DNA from: a virus
Taxonomy: Duplodnaviria; Caudoviricetes
Reading direction: 5' to 3' (one strand)
IMG/VR virus record: IMGVR_UViG_3300033076_001027
Location: 1 to 44,255 of that record
Length of the DNA: 44,255 nt
This document shows positions 20,575-29,743 of this stretch, piece by piece. The stretch's first letter is position 1. Each line of letters begins with the position of its first letter. Made by a program: the position numbers and the translations under genes. The notes under the pieces are model-generated. The model did no database searches and was not told the origin of the DNA. It saw nothing but the letters and a program-made list of their open reading frames with translations.

Positions 20575-23500
20575 ATGGACGACTTTGGCCTGGATCAGCT
20601 AAGCGACGCCGAGCTAGGGCAGCTAGCCACCCATGTAGCTGCAGCTTCGGCTGAAGCTCGTGCCAAGGTCGGCGCCGAGATGACCGATGACCAGCGCAAT
20701 GAGATCAACACGATCGAGATGGACGCCCAGGAGCAGTGGCTGCGCGACCGCCAGGATGTCCATGGCATGAATGAAACTGCAGCTAGCTATGGCGATAGCG
20801 AAAACCCTGTGATTCCTGGCGGCGAGCGCGAGGCTCGACTGAAGGCCAGGACCCCGGCCCGCAAAACCTATTACACCGACATCGGCCACAACCCGGACAA
20901 CGCCGACAACAGCTACCTGTACCTGGTTGACTCCAAGGGGGTCATGCAGCTGATCCGCGTTTCCGACCTCCAGGACTACATCCGAAAGAACGCCGTCCCA
21001 GAGGAAAAAGAACAGGATCCTTACTTGAAGGCCATGGGCAGGGAGGAGAACCCCGGTTATTCCGTTCCCGGAAGCGACAGCGTGTTCTACGAGGACGAAA
21101 ACGGAGAGCTGGACCTGACCGATGTCACGCACAACGACTGGTCGCCGGCGTCCCATGGATCTGGCAAGACGCCATGGAACAAGGTCGTGGCCTACGGCCG
21201 CATCGAGGTCAAGGACGGCAAGCCTGTCATCGCCGTTGGCTCCAGGGGTGGCGCCGCCGACAAGGTCGGCGACATCCGGGCCGTGATCCGTAACGCCGCC
21301 CAGGCCGCCATCGACAACGGCGAGATCACCGGAGTCACGCAGCGCGCGGTTGGAATGGATTTCGTGTCCAACGAAGACAACGGGCAGCCAGGCATCTTTG
21401 AGCCTGGCTCAGAATACGGCGACCGCCGCAAGCGGTTCAGCCAGGGGATCGCCAACGGCAAGATGGACAAGGTCAAGGCGCGCCAGGCGGCCGAGAAGAT
21501 CTTTGGACGCAAGATCATCGCGGCCATGGTTGACTCCGGCATGCTGACCTTTGCGGACAGCCTCAAAGAGGCTGACCCGTTTTTGACCGCGTTTGACATC
21601 GCCGGGATGGAAGGTGTCCAAGGTTGGGCCGATAGCGACGGAAAGGCCTTCATTCTTGCCAAGACCATCGAAAGCGAAACCGAGCTAAAGGCCATCATCC
21701 TTCATGAGATCGGCCAGCACCTTGGTTTTGGCGACGACATCCAGGCCGTTTCGGACTTCTTTGACGACATGGTCGAGGCCGCTCAAAAAGGCAACCCGAT
21801 CGCCAAGCGCGCGGTCCTCCAGGCCACCTGGGCCATGCTGCAGGACGGCCGGTATTCCGACGCGGTCGCCCTCCTGGGCGACAGGTACACCCGTTTTGTC
21901 GGCATGGATTTCAAGGAATTCCTAAACGAGATGTCCGACGAGGACCTAGATACCTTGCTGGACGCCGTGTTCCTGCCGGCCGGGACCGGGATCGAGATCG
22001 ACGAATACGACCGACGGGCGTTTGCCAATACCTTGATGGAGGAGGTCGGCGCCTATGTGCACAACGCCCGGGCCGCAGCCACCGATGCCGAGAAGGCGCA
22101 GTCGCTTTGGGCCAAGTTCCTTGGCTTCATCCGTCGCACCCTGTACCGGCTCAGCAACGGCCGGCTCAAGATGGGGTCGTTCACCGATGCCGACATCGAG
22201 GCCATGGCTATGTCGGCGATCAAGAAACAAGCCGAGCGTGGCGCGTCCAACCAGCGCCAGGAAACCCGCCGCCGGTTCAGCGTCAACGAAGCCAGGGCGA
22301 AAGAAGCCAAGGCCAACACCGATGTGGATAGAGCCGTCATCAAGCCGGACGAGTTCATCGACCAGGCGGCCTTGGATGCCCTTGCTAAACCCAACAAATC
22401 CGGTGCGGTTAAATACTACACGCCTGGCGTCGAAAGACGAATTCGCATCATGTATGAAGACTTGCGCGCGATCCTTGAAGGCCCTGGGGCTTTTGAAAAA
22501 TACGGCAAGATGCTGGCGAAGCCCACCGAATCCGGGTTCTATGTGCTCGACGCCGAGGCAGCTTCCCAGATCTCAAGCGATCCCAACAGCCCGGCATCAG
22601 AATCCAACATCACCGGTGTCAGCAAATTGGACGGCAAGGATGTGATCATCCAGAAGGGCATGCAATACGCAGGATTGAAGGGTGCCATGGGATCTGGAGA
22701 TGCTGTAATCGATGGGGTCGATCCTGGGTTCGGCGAGGAAGCCGGTTTCGGCCTAGCACACATGATCAAGCATGTCCTGGCTGTGACGGCCCGGTACGCT
22801 GCGTCCAAGTCCATCGTCAATGGAAAGCTAGATGAGGTAGCGTTTAAAGATCGTTTGAATCAACTGAGAAACAATCCGGATTTTGGCCTTGTCGAGGCCA
22901 TGAACGACTTGATCGAAAAATCAAAACAGGAAAACGGGTCCGTCTCAGTGTTTGAGTACAACAACAAGATCAGCCTGTACGACAACGACACCGGCATGCA
23001 GCTTGTACTGAACAAAGTCGGCGACAAATACGCGGTGAGAACATTCATGGTGATGGGCGCATCTACCGAGGGTGATGACAAAGCCGTTGGGAATGTGGCC
23101 GTGAAGATCGCCAACGGGGATCTCACCCCTGCTGTGGATGGACAAGGCAAGCCCGTCGAGCAAACCACCTACAAGGAAAAATTCTCCAAACAAGCTGAGG
23201 CATGGGGCCAGAAGCCGGACAATTTGGTGAAAGGAGATAGCTCCAGAAAAGCCGGACGAAGGTTCAGCGTTTCATCCGAGGTCGGCGGCAGCCTTGAAAG
23301 CCCGGCGTCCAATTACCCTCCGGTAATCCCGCCAACCACCCCTGCTCCTCCTGGTGCGGCCCCGGTCAACCCGGAGCTGTCCGGAGCTCAGCGCGCCTGG
23401 GACATCGTCACCGGCCGGTATTTCAGCGGTATCAGCGTCAAAGCCCATCAGAACGCCCGCCGTTTCCCCGGGGCGTCCATCCAGGCTGTCGCCGACATCA

Positions 23501-25683
23501 TCCACAACCGACCCGGCAGCCAGGGCAGCGCGGCCCCGCGGTCGATCCCGACGGCGATCATGACCGCCAGGGCCAGGTACACCAACCGGTTCCGGGACAT
23601 CATGGAGCCCATGCGCGAACACCTGTCCAGGATGGACACCGCCACGCGCGAGGCCTTCTACGAGAAACTGACCGACATGATCACCGGTCGCCGCAACATG
23701 GACACCGGCTTTGTCGGACAGATGGCCGAAAACCTCAAGAAGCTGCTGGCTGATCTGCACACCTACCGGACCGACGCCGGCGAGGAGCTGGGCGAGATCC
23801 AGGATTACTTCCCGGTCGTCTACAATTCCGACATGATCTCAAAGGACCGCAACGGGTTCCTGGCCGACGCCACCCGCGCGTACAAGATCGAGCTCGGCAA
23901 GACCCTGTCCGGTCCGGAGCTGGACGCCACCGCGGCCGCGTCAGCCCTGGCGCTGTACAACACCCATGTCCGTGGCATGGGCGCCCAGGAATTCGGCAGC
24001 CTTTTTGAAAAGGCCACCCCGGGAGGCCGCGAAAACTCCGCGCGCGAACGCGCGTTCGGTCGCCAGGCCCAGAACATCATGCGCCGTTGGCAGTCCAACG
24101 ATCCGTTCCTGGTGATCACCCGCTACATCGGCGGGGCCACCAAGTCGGCCGAGCTAGCTCGCCGGTTCGGCGCCGACGGATCCGGCTGGACCCGGTACGC
24201 CGAAGGCATGGAGGCCGAGGGCGTCCCTCACGAGGTCATCGACGAGATGCACCAGCTGGTTTGCCAGGCCGCCGGCGTCGCCACCCCCGGCATCGGCAAG
24301 TCCGGCCAGACCTTCATGGACGCGGTCGCCATGTACACGGCTGCCACCTCCCTGGGCAAGAGCTTCATGAGCAACCTGTTTGAGCCCGTCTCCATGGGCG
24401 TCAGAACAGGCAGCCCGCTCTACATGATCCGAGCGTTTGTCGAAACCTGGACCAGGTCCTTGAATGAATTCGCCAAGGACGGAAAGATCTTGGGCGCCTT
24501 GCACCAGGACAGTTTCTGGCAGGAATACGGCGAACACATCGGCACGATCCATAACAACCTGGAGGATGCCTGGATGACCACCCACAGCATGGAGCTTGGC
24601 ATGGACAACCAGAACCCGCGCATGCGCTGGCTGACCAACCGGATCTACAAGGCCAACTTGATGGATGCCACGGAGACCGCCAAGCAACAAGCATCCCATG
24701 CCCTTGGTCACAGCTACATCAACGACCTGTGCAACATGATCTCCGGGGATCATTGGATGAACAAGTTCGGCATGGACGCCAGCCGGTCGGCGACCCAGGA
24801 CCTTATCGAGCTCGGCGTCCCCGAGGCCGATCACCAGCAATTCATCTCCTGGATGAAGAACCTCCAGGCCATTAACCCCCGGCAGCGCATGGCCTTGATG
24901 ACGGATGGCAGCCCGATGTCCAAGCTGTACGAGGAAGCCCAGGTTCGGTTCACCAACCAAACCGCGGTCCGATCGAACCGGGCGCACCGGCCGGTTTTCC
25001 AGGACAACCTCATGGGCAAGATGTTCCTGCAGCTCCAGAGCTTCAGCTACAGCTACGCAGCCGAGGCCAACAGCCGGATCTACGACAACCTCAAGCGCAG
25101 CGCGTCTTCCGGCGATTACACCGCAGCGGATCGCATGCGCTTGATCGCGCCGGCATTGATGCTGCCGTTTGCCATCCTCGCGTTTGGAGCGATGTTCAAG
25201 CTCCGCAGGGAGCTGTATCCGACCGAGGCTTCAATCAAGCATGATGATGATCCGTGGTGGGCCAAGCTAATGGACGCAGCGTCATACGCCGGCGTCTTTG
25301 GACCCAAGGTCGAACAGGCCATGAAGTTCGTCATGCGCGACCAACCCCCTGGCGGCGTCGTCGGCCAGCACACGATCAACGCAGCGCGCGCCGCCAAAGG
25401 CTACGCGACCGCGGCGATCGGCCCGGACGAGAAATACGACAAGGCCATGGCTGCCGCCAACAAGGCTGCCGTCAAGGCCGCCATCCCGCCGGTGAAGGGC
25501 GCCATCGTTGCCGGAGCTTCGGCGATCAATCCTACCCTGGGTACTGCCGCTTCGATGTTCGTTAACGACACGACCCTGTCCAACGCGGCGATCGAGGCCA
25601 CGCAGCCGGAGAAACCCGACAAAAAGAGGGAGCCCAAGAACCCATACACCTATCGCCAACCGCCGGCAAAGCCGGCTAAATAA
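20575..25683 (+). CDS. Polyvalent ejection protein, part 2: zincin metallopeptidase, PBECR-like nuclease, large C-terminal ejection domain (frame open from 20482)
   Basis: ILHEIGQHLG (HEIGQH 21703-21720) with downstream EEVGA; GFGLAHMIKH (22744-22773); QDYFPVVY and FLQLQSFSY plus a hydrophobic helix as in large ejection proteins. Confidence 0.8.
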   Translation: MDDFGLDQLSDAELGQLATHVAAASAEARAKVGAEMTDDQRNEINTIEMDAQEQWLRDRQDVHGMNETAASYGDSENPVIPGGEREARLKARTPARKTYYTDIGHNPDNADNSYLYLVDSKGVMQLIRVSDLQDYIRKNAVPEEKEQDPYLKAMGREENPGYSVPGSDSVFYEDENGELDLTDVTHNDWSPASHGSGKTPWNKVVAYGRIEVKDGKPVIAVGSRGGAADKVGDIRAVIRNAAQAAIDNGEITGVTQRAVGMDFVSNEDNGQPGIFEPGSEYGDRRKRFSQGIANGKMDKVKARQAAEKIFGRKIIAAMVDSGMLTFADSLKEADPFLTAFDIAGMEGVQGWADSDGKAFILAKTIESETELKAIILHEIGQHLGFGDDIQAVSDFFDDMVEAAQKGNPIAKRAVLQATWAMLQDGRYSDAVALLGDRYTRFVGMDFKEFLNEMSDEDLDTLLDAVFLPAGTGIEIDEYDRRAFANTLMEEVGAYVHNARAAATDAEKAQSLWAKFLGFIRRTLYRLSNGRLKMGSFTDADIEAMAMSAIKKQAERGASNQRQETRRRFSVNEARAKEAKANTDVDRAVIKPDEFIDQAALDALAKPNKSGAVKYYTPGVERRIRIMYEDLRAILEGPGAFEKYGKMLAKPTESGFYVLDAEAASQISSDPNSPASESNITGVSKLDGKDVIIQKGMQYAGLKGAMGSGDAVIDGVDPGFGEEAGFGLAHMIKHVLAVTARYAASKSIVNGKLDEVAFKDRLNQLRNNPDFGLVEAMNDLIEKSKQENGSVSVFEYNNKISLYDNDTGMQLVLNKVGDKYAVRTFMVMGASTEGDDKAVGNVAVKIANGDLTPAVDGQGKPVEQTTYKEKFSKQAEAWGQKPDNLVKGDSSRKAGRRFSVSSEVGGSLESPASNYPPVIPPTTPAPPGAAPVNPELSGAQRAWDIVTGRYFSGISVKAHQNARRFPGASIQAVADIIHNRPGSQGSAAPRSIPTAIMTARARYTNRFRDIMEPMREHLSRMDTATREAFYEKLTDMITGRRNMDTGFVGQMAENLKKLLADLHTYRTDAGEELGEIQDYFPVVYNSDMISKDRNGFLADATRAYKIELGKTLSGPELDATAAASALALYNTHVRGMGAQEFGSLFEKATPGGRENSARERAFGRQAQNIMRRWQSNDPFLVITRYIGGATKSAELARRFGADGSGWTRYAEGMEAEGVPHEVIDEMHQLVCQAAGVATPGIGKSGQTFMDAVAMYTAATSLGKSFMSNLFEPVSMGVRTGSPLYMIRAFVETWTRSLNEFAKDGKILGALHQDSFWQEYGEHIGTIHNNLEDAWMTTHSMELGMDNQNPRMRWLTNRIYKANLMDATETAKQQASHALGHSYINDLCNMISGDHWMNKFGMDASRSATQDLIELGVPEADHQQFISWMKNLQAINPRQRMALMTDGSPMSKLYEEAQVRFTNQTAVRSNRAHRPVFQDNLMGKMFLQLQSFSYSYAAEANSRIYDNLKRSASSGDYTAADRMRLIAPALMLPFAILAFGAMFKLRRELYPTEASIKHDDDPWWAKLMDAASYAGVFGPKVEQAMKFVMRDQPPGGVVGQHTINAARAAKGYATAAIGPDEKYDKAMAAANKAAVKAAIPPVKGAIVAGASAINPTLGTAASMFVNDTTLSNAAIEATQPEKPDKKREPKNPYTYRQPPAKPAK

Positions 25684-25690
25684 TCGCACC

Positions 25691-25834
25691 ATGTTCACAC
25701 TGATCCTGCTCTCCTCTGCCTTCTCGTTCATCGCCGGTGCCGTTGGCGGCGTGCTCCTTTACAGGAACAATGTCGATCGCGCCCGACGCTTGGAGGCCAA
25801 GGCCAAGACCATCGCTGACGAATTCAAGAAATGA
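25691..25834 (+). CDS. Small single-TM membrane protein in the lysis cluster
   Basis: MFTLILLSSAFSFIAGAVGGVLLY followed by a basic helix; ATGA-coupled to the next gene. Confidence 0.7.
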   Translation: MFTLILLSSAFSFIAGAVGGVLLYRNNVDRARRLEAKAKTIADEFKK

Positions 25835-26541
25835 AGGCCATCCTGGCAGTCACATTGGTCCTGGCTAGCTGCGCGACACCGCCGGCCCCGGATCCGCAGC
25901 CATCGCCTGGCGGCGACGCGCTGGACAAGATTGGCAAGAACCAGGACAAGATCGACGGCCGGGTGGCCGGCGCCCTGGTTGCGATCGAGGTCAACGCCGA
26001 GAAGCCGGCCGTGGTCAGATCGGAGTCCAAGCTGGCCCAGGCCTACTTGCCACCCCCGTCGGAAGGCGACAAGGCCTTCGCCCTGGCCCGGGCTGCCGCC
26101 GCCGACGAGAAAGCCTACCAGGACCAGATCGCTTACGCGCGCAAGATCCTGGCTAAATTGGAAAAGGACTGGGAGGACGGAGAGAAGCGAGCCGCGATCA
26201 ACGCCGCCGAGATCAAGGCCTTGAAGGATGAGAACAAGCAGCTCAAGGCCGACATCGTGCGCGTCGAGAAAGACAGTGACCGCAAGATCTGGACCCTTAC
26301 CGGGGCCGTCCTGGTCGTCGCCGGTGGCCTGGCTATGGCCTTTGCCAGCATCAAGAAAGGCGCCCCGCTGCTCCTGGCCGGGGCCTTCGCCGGCGCCGTC
26401 CCTTACATCATCGACAGCCCATGGTTCGCCTGGATCGCCGGATCAACCATGGCTGTGGCCGCCGGCCTCCTGGCCTGGGTGGCTTTCGACAAAGCACGAG
26501 ACACAGTCAATGAGCCCCATCCCGACGCCAAACAATCCTGA
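25831..26541 (+). CDS. Lipoprotein with coiled coil and C-terminal TM helices (candidate unimolecular spanin)
   Basis: Signal peptide with lipobox LASC, long coiled coil, 2-3 hydrophobic C-terminal helices. Confidence 0.65.
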   Translation: MKAILAVTLVLASCATPPAPDPQPSPGGDALDKIGKNQDKIDGRVAGALVAIEVNAEKPAVVRSESKLAQAYLPPPSEGDKAFALARAAAADEKAYQDQIAYARKILAKLEKDWEDGEKRAAINAAEIKALKDENKQLKADIVRVEKDSDRKIWTLTGAVLVVAGGLAMAFASIKKGAPLLLAGAFAGAVPYIIDSPWFAWIAGSTMAVAAGLLAWVAFDKARDTVNEPHPDAKQS

Positions 26542-26869
26542 GGAAGTTCAACAGGTGATCCGAGACGGGGCGACGGCGTCGGCCCTGGGCGCCGGGGCGA
26601 TGACCGCACGCCTGGTCATGTCTACGGAAAAGCAGTCGGTCGGCTATGTGGCGCGCCGGATCTTCGTGGCGTGCGTCGTCGGATTCTTCAGCTCGATGGT
26701 CGTCAAGGAATACATCAGCTCGATCCATCTTCAATTCGCAGCCGTCGGCGCGTTGTCGTACGCGGCCCCGGAAGTCGCCGACTGGACCCTCGCCATGGTC
26801 CGGACCAAGCTCAACTCCAAGCTCGATGAAGCCAAAGCCCAAGCCAAAGCCGGAAAACGGAAACGCTAA
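26510..26869 (+). CDS. Holin-like membrane protein
   Basis: ATG 26510; three hydrophobic segments and a basic tail (AGKRKR). Confidence 0.65.
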   Translation: MSPIPTPNNPEEVQQVIRDGATASALGAGAMTARLVMSTEKQSVGYVARRIFVACVVGFFSSMVVKEYISSIHLQFAAVGALSYAAPEVADWTLAMVRTKLNSKLDEAKAQAKAGKRKR

Positions 26870-27149
26870 CGACATCTACGCGGTCGGCGTGTCGGCATGC
26901 GTGTCGGTGCTTTGCGCCGGCGCCACCGCCTGGCTGCTGCAGTACACGCTCGACAGCTTCCAATCGTCCCACGCGATGGCCGGGCTGATCACCGATTCCG
27001 GATTGGTGTTCGACGACAAGAACACGGAACGGCAGCTGAGCCAGGCGACCCTGGCGATGAGGGCGACCAGGGACATCGCGATCGCCATGGCTTTCGGTTC
27101 GGCTGCGGTCCTAGGTGCTATCATTTACAGGGTGTTTAGGAATCGCTGA
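26826..27149 (+). CDS. Two-TM membrane protein in the lysis cluster
   Basis: ATG 26826 (MKPKPKPKPE); two clear TM helices flanking a soluble loop. Confidence 0.6.
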   Translation: MKPKPKPKPENGNANDIYAVGVSACVSVLCAGATAWLLQYTLDSFQSSHAMAGLITDSGLVFDDKNTERQLSQATLAMRATRDIAIAMAFGSAAVLGAIIYRVFRNR

Positions 27150-27206
27150 CAGTCCTACAAATTGTGGTTGCGCGAGCTGACGGCCCGGGCAGGGTTCATC
27201 TCACCC

Positions 27207-27470
27207 ATGGAGTATCAGCTTGATGTCAAAGCGATCATCCACCGCTTCGGAGGACGCACCGAGCTGTGGCGCCGGCTGAACAACACCATGCGCCACAGCA
27301 TCTCGGTCAAGACGATCGAGAAGTGGACCGAGCGCAGCTCGATCCCGTCGTCCAGGCTGCTGATCCTCATGGAGCTCGCCAAGCGCGAGGGCAAGCCCCT
27401 GGTCATTTCCGAGTATGTGAGGACCATCCTCCCCGGCCCCAATTCCATCCAACCCAACCGACATGACTGA
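27207..27470 (+). CDS. Cro-like HTH regulator
   Basis: IIHRFGGRTELWRRL...ISVKTIEKWTERSSIP pattern; first gene of the replication module. Confidence 0.75.
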   Translation: MEYQLDVKAIIHRFGGRTELWRRLNNTMRHSISVKTIEKWTERSSIPSSRLLILMELAKREGKPLVISEYVRTILPGPNSIQPNRHD

Positions 27471-27885
27471 CAACAACATCAACAGCGCCTCCATCCAGGA
27501 GCTCGCTGATAACATCCGCAAGCTGGACCAGGCGATCTCCCAGCTGGAACAGGCCAAGGCCACGATCAGCACCGCCCTGGTCAACCGGACCAAGGACGCC
27601 CTGGCCCGCGAGCTGCACGCCGCCGGCAAGACCCAGGGGTCCATCACCGCCGAGGTCGATGGCGTGAAGCTCAACTACGAGCTCAAGCCCAAGATCACCT
27701 GGGATTCCAAGCGCCTCCAGGCGGTCGCCGCCGACATGCCCTGGGACAAGGTCGAGAAGATTTTCAGCATCAAGTTCTCCGTCAAGGAGACCACCTACAA
27801 GGCCCTCACCGACGACGCTCTGATCGCCTCGCTGAACGAGGCCCGGACTGTCGAGCACACCGAGCCCAAGATCACCCTGGCCTAA
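27463..27885 (+). CDS. Hypothetical protein (N-terminal coiled coil; KITWD)
   Basis: Strong codon bias; sits upstream of the Sak4-like gene. Confidence 0.75.
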   Translation: MTDNNINSASIQELADNIRKLDQAISQLEQAKATISTALVNRTKDALARELHAAGKTQGSITAEVDGVKLNYELKPKITWDSKRLQAVAADMPWDKVEKIFSIKFSVKETTYKALTDDALIASLNEARTVEHTEPKITLA

Positions 27886-27892
27886 GCCTTCC

Positions 27893-27964
27893 TGCAGGGC
27901 GTCGTGAGGTTCGACACCGGCTCTCATAAGGCCGTCCACGCTGGTTCGACTCCAGCCCCTGCAA
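27893..27964 (+). tRNA. tRNA with CAT anticodon (Met or Ile2), atypical D arm
   Basis: Acceptor TGCAGGG/CCCTGCA; anticodon arm CGGCT-CTCATAA-GGCCG; T arm GCTGG-TTCGACT-CCAGC; no encoded CCA. Confidence 0.75.
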
Positions 27965-27988
27965 TCTTTTCCCAACCCAAACCGACAC

Positions 27989-28843
27989 ATGATCCGCATC
28001 ATCAAGGCTGACGACCGCCTCAAGGCCGTACCCAAGATCAACATCGCCATCTTCGGCCCGTCCGGAGTCGGCAAGACCACGCTCGCGCGCACGCTCGACC
28101 CCAAGACCACGCTGTTCGTGGACTTGGAAGCCGGCACCCTCGCCATCCAGGACTGGCCCGGCGATGTCCTCGATGTGCGCGCCGCAGCCATCGAGCTCGG
28201 CGCCCACCCGTGGGAAATCTCCAAGGCCCTGGCCCTGTTCATCGGCGGTCCCGATCCGTCCGACCGGGACGGCGCCTACAGCCCGGCCACCTACGAGGCC
28301 GTGAAGAAGGTCTTTGAAGGCATCGACCTGTCCAAGTACCAGACCATCTTCGTGGATTCCATCACTGTCGCCTCCCGCGAGGCGCTGAAGTGGTCCCAGA
28401 TCCAGCCCGAGGCCATGTCCGAGAAGACCGGCAAGCCGGACAACCGGGGCGCCTACGGACTTCTGGGCCGTGACATGATCCGCTGGCTGACCCACCTCCA
28501 GCACTCCTCCAAGTCCATCATCGTTGTCGGCATCCTCGACTCCGAGAAGGACGACCTCAACCGCGTCACCTGGACCCCGCAGATCGAGGGCTCCAAGACC
28601 GGCCGTGAGCTGCCGGGCATCTTCGACCAGGTGATGACCCTTCAGACCTTCACGACGACGGAAGGCCAGCCCTACCGCGGGCTGGTGTGCCAGCAGATGA
28701 ACCCCTGGAATTACCCGGCCAAGGATCGGTCGGGCCGCCTCGACCTCATCGAGGCCCCGGACCTCGACGCCGTGATCCGCAAGATCCGCACCGGCCAGCG
28801 CCTCGACACCAACATCGTCACCACTCTGCCTCAGCAGAAATAA
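27989..28843 (+). CDS. Sak4-like (AAA_24) ATPase / single-strand annealing protein
   Basis: GPSGVGKT Walker A, FVDLEAG, IFVDSIT, LPGIFD, AKDRSG; followed by an SSB-like gene. Confidence 0.85.
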   Translation: MIRIIKADDRLKAVPKINIAIFGPSGVGKTTLARTLDPKTTLFVDLEAGTLAIQDWPGDVLDVRAAAIELGAHPWEISKALALFIGGPDPSDRDGAYSPATYEAVKKVFEGIDLSKYQTIFVDSITVASREALKWSQIQPEAMSEKTGKPDNRGAYGLLGRDMIRWLTHLQHSSKSIIVVGILDSEKDDLNRVTWTPQIEGSKTGRELPGIFDQVMTLQTFTTTEGQPYRGLVCQQMNPWNYPAKDRSGRLDLIEAPDLDAVIRKIRTGQRLDTNIVTTLPQQK

Positions 28844-28882
28844 AAAACCAAAAAACCAAAAAACCCAAACCCAAGAAACATC

Positions 28883-29581
28883 ATGTTCACCCCCCAATCC
28901 GGAGCCTCCAACACGCCTAGCGGCAACGGCTCCCTCATCCCCCACGGGACCCTCGCCTTCGCTGTCGTGAAGGTCAATGGTCTCAAGCAGAGCAAGCGCA
29001 CCGGTGGCGAGTACGCCAACCTGGAGTTCACGATCAGCGACGGCCCGTTTACCAACCGCAAGGTCTGGTCGATCGTCATGAACCCCCAGGACTCCCGGAA
29101 CATCAACCAGGAGCTCCGCAACGAGGGCAAGTCCGACGGCGCCTCCATGGGCCTCGCCGCCATGACCCGCATGTTTGAGGCTGCCGGCGTGTTCAACGCT
29201 CTCGACGCCCGCACCTACCAGCGCTTCGACGGCGCCACCTTCACCGATGTGGTCGCCGCCCTTGAAGGGCTGACTGTCGCGATCAAGATCAAGATCGCCA
29301 AGGGCAAGGACGGCTACGACGACAAGAACGAGGTGGCCGAATTCCTGTCGCCCGCCCCGACCTCCGGCACTGTGAAGCTCTGGACCCAGCTCACCGGCGA
29401 CGGCGCGGCCGCCCGCAAGGGTGCCTTCGGCGCCTTCCAGCAGCCGACCATCCAGCCCCCGATCCAGTCTCCGATCGCTGCCCAGCGTCCGACCAACCAG
29501 ATCACCAGCGGTCCCAAGTGGATCACCAAGCGCGCCAACGGCGACCTTGGCCTGGACAATTCGGGCAACAACCCGTACTGA
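28883..29581 (+). CDS. Putative ssDNA-binding protein (DUF669-like)
   Basis: LIP.G N-terminus, LEFTISDGPFTNRKVW, KNEV, disordered tail ending NPY; adjacent to Sak4. Confidence 0.75.
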   Translation: MFTPQSGASNTPSGNGSLIPHGTLAFAVVKVNGLKQSKRTGGEYANLEFTISDGPFTNRKVWSIVMNPQDSRNINQELRNEGKSDGASMGLAAMTRMFEAAGVFNALDARTYQRFDGATFTDVVAALEGLTVAIKIKIAKGKDGYDDKNEVAEFLSPAPTSGTVKLWTQLTGDGAAARKGAFGAFQQPTIQPPIQSPIAAQRPTNQITSGPKWITKRANGDLGLDNSGNNPY

Positions 29582-29587
29582 TCCAAA

Positions 29588-29617
29588 CCGGCCGGGGCAA
29601 CCCGGCCGGATCTCTTT
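29588..29617 (+). terminator. Strong hairpin, probable terminator or attenuator
   Basis: CCGGCCGGG-GCAA-CCCGGCCGG followed by ATCTCTTT (weak U tract). Confidence 0.6.
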
Positions 29618-29623
29618 AAGGAC

Positions 29624-29723
29624 AGGGGGCGTGGCAGGAAAGTAAGGACGGAGTCGGTTCCATCCCGGCTACCATGCCTTCATCGGTGAAGCTTCCGGTT
29701 GGCGAGCCTATCCCGACGCCCCC
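29624..29723 (+). ncRNA. Candidate ~100-nt multibranch structured RNA
   Basis: Closing helix GGGGGCGT/ACGCCCCC; internal hairpins AGTCGG/CCGGCT, CTTCA/TGAAG, GGTT/AGCC. Confidence 0.45.
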
Positions 29724-29743
29724 CCTCCACACTGCATACCGAC

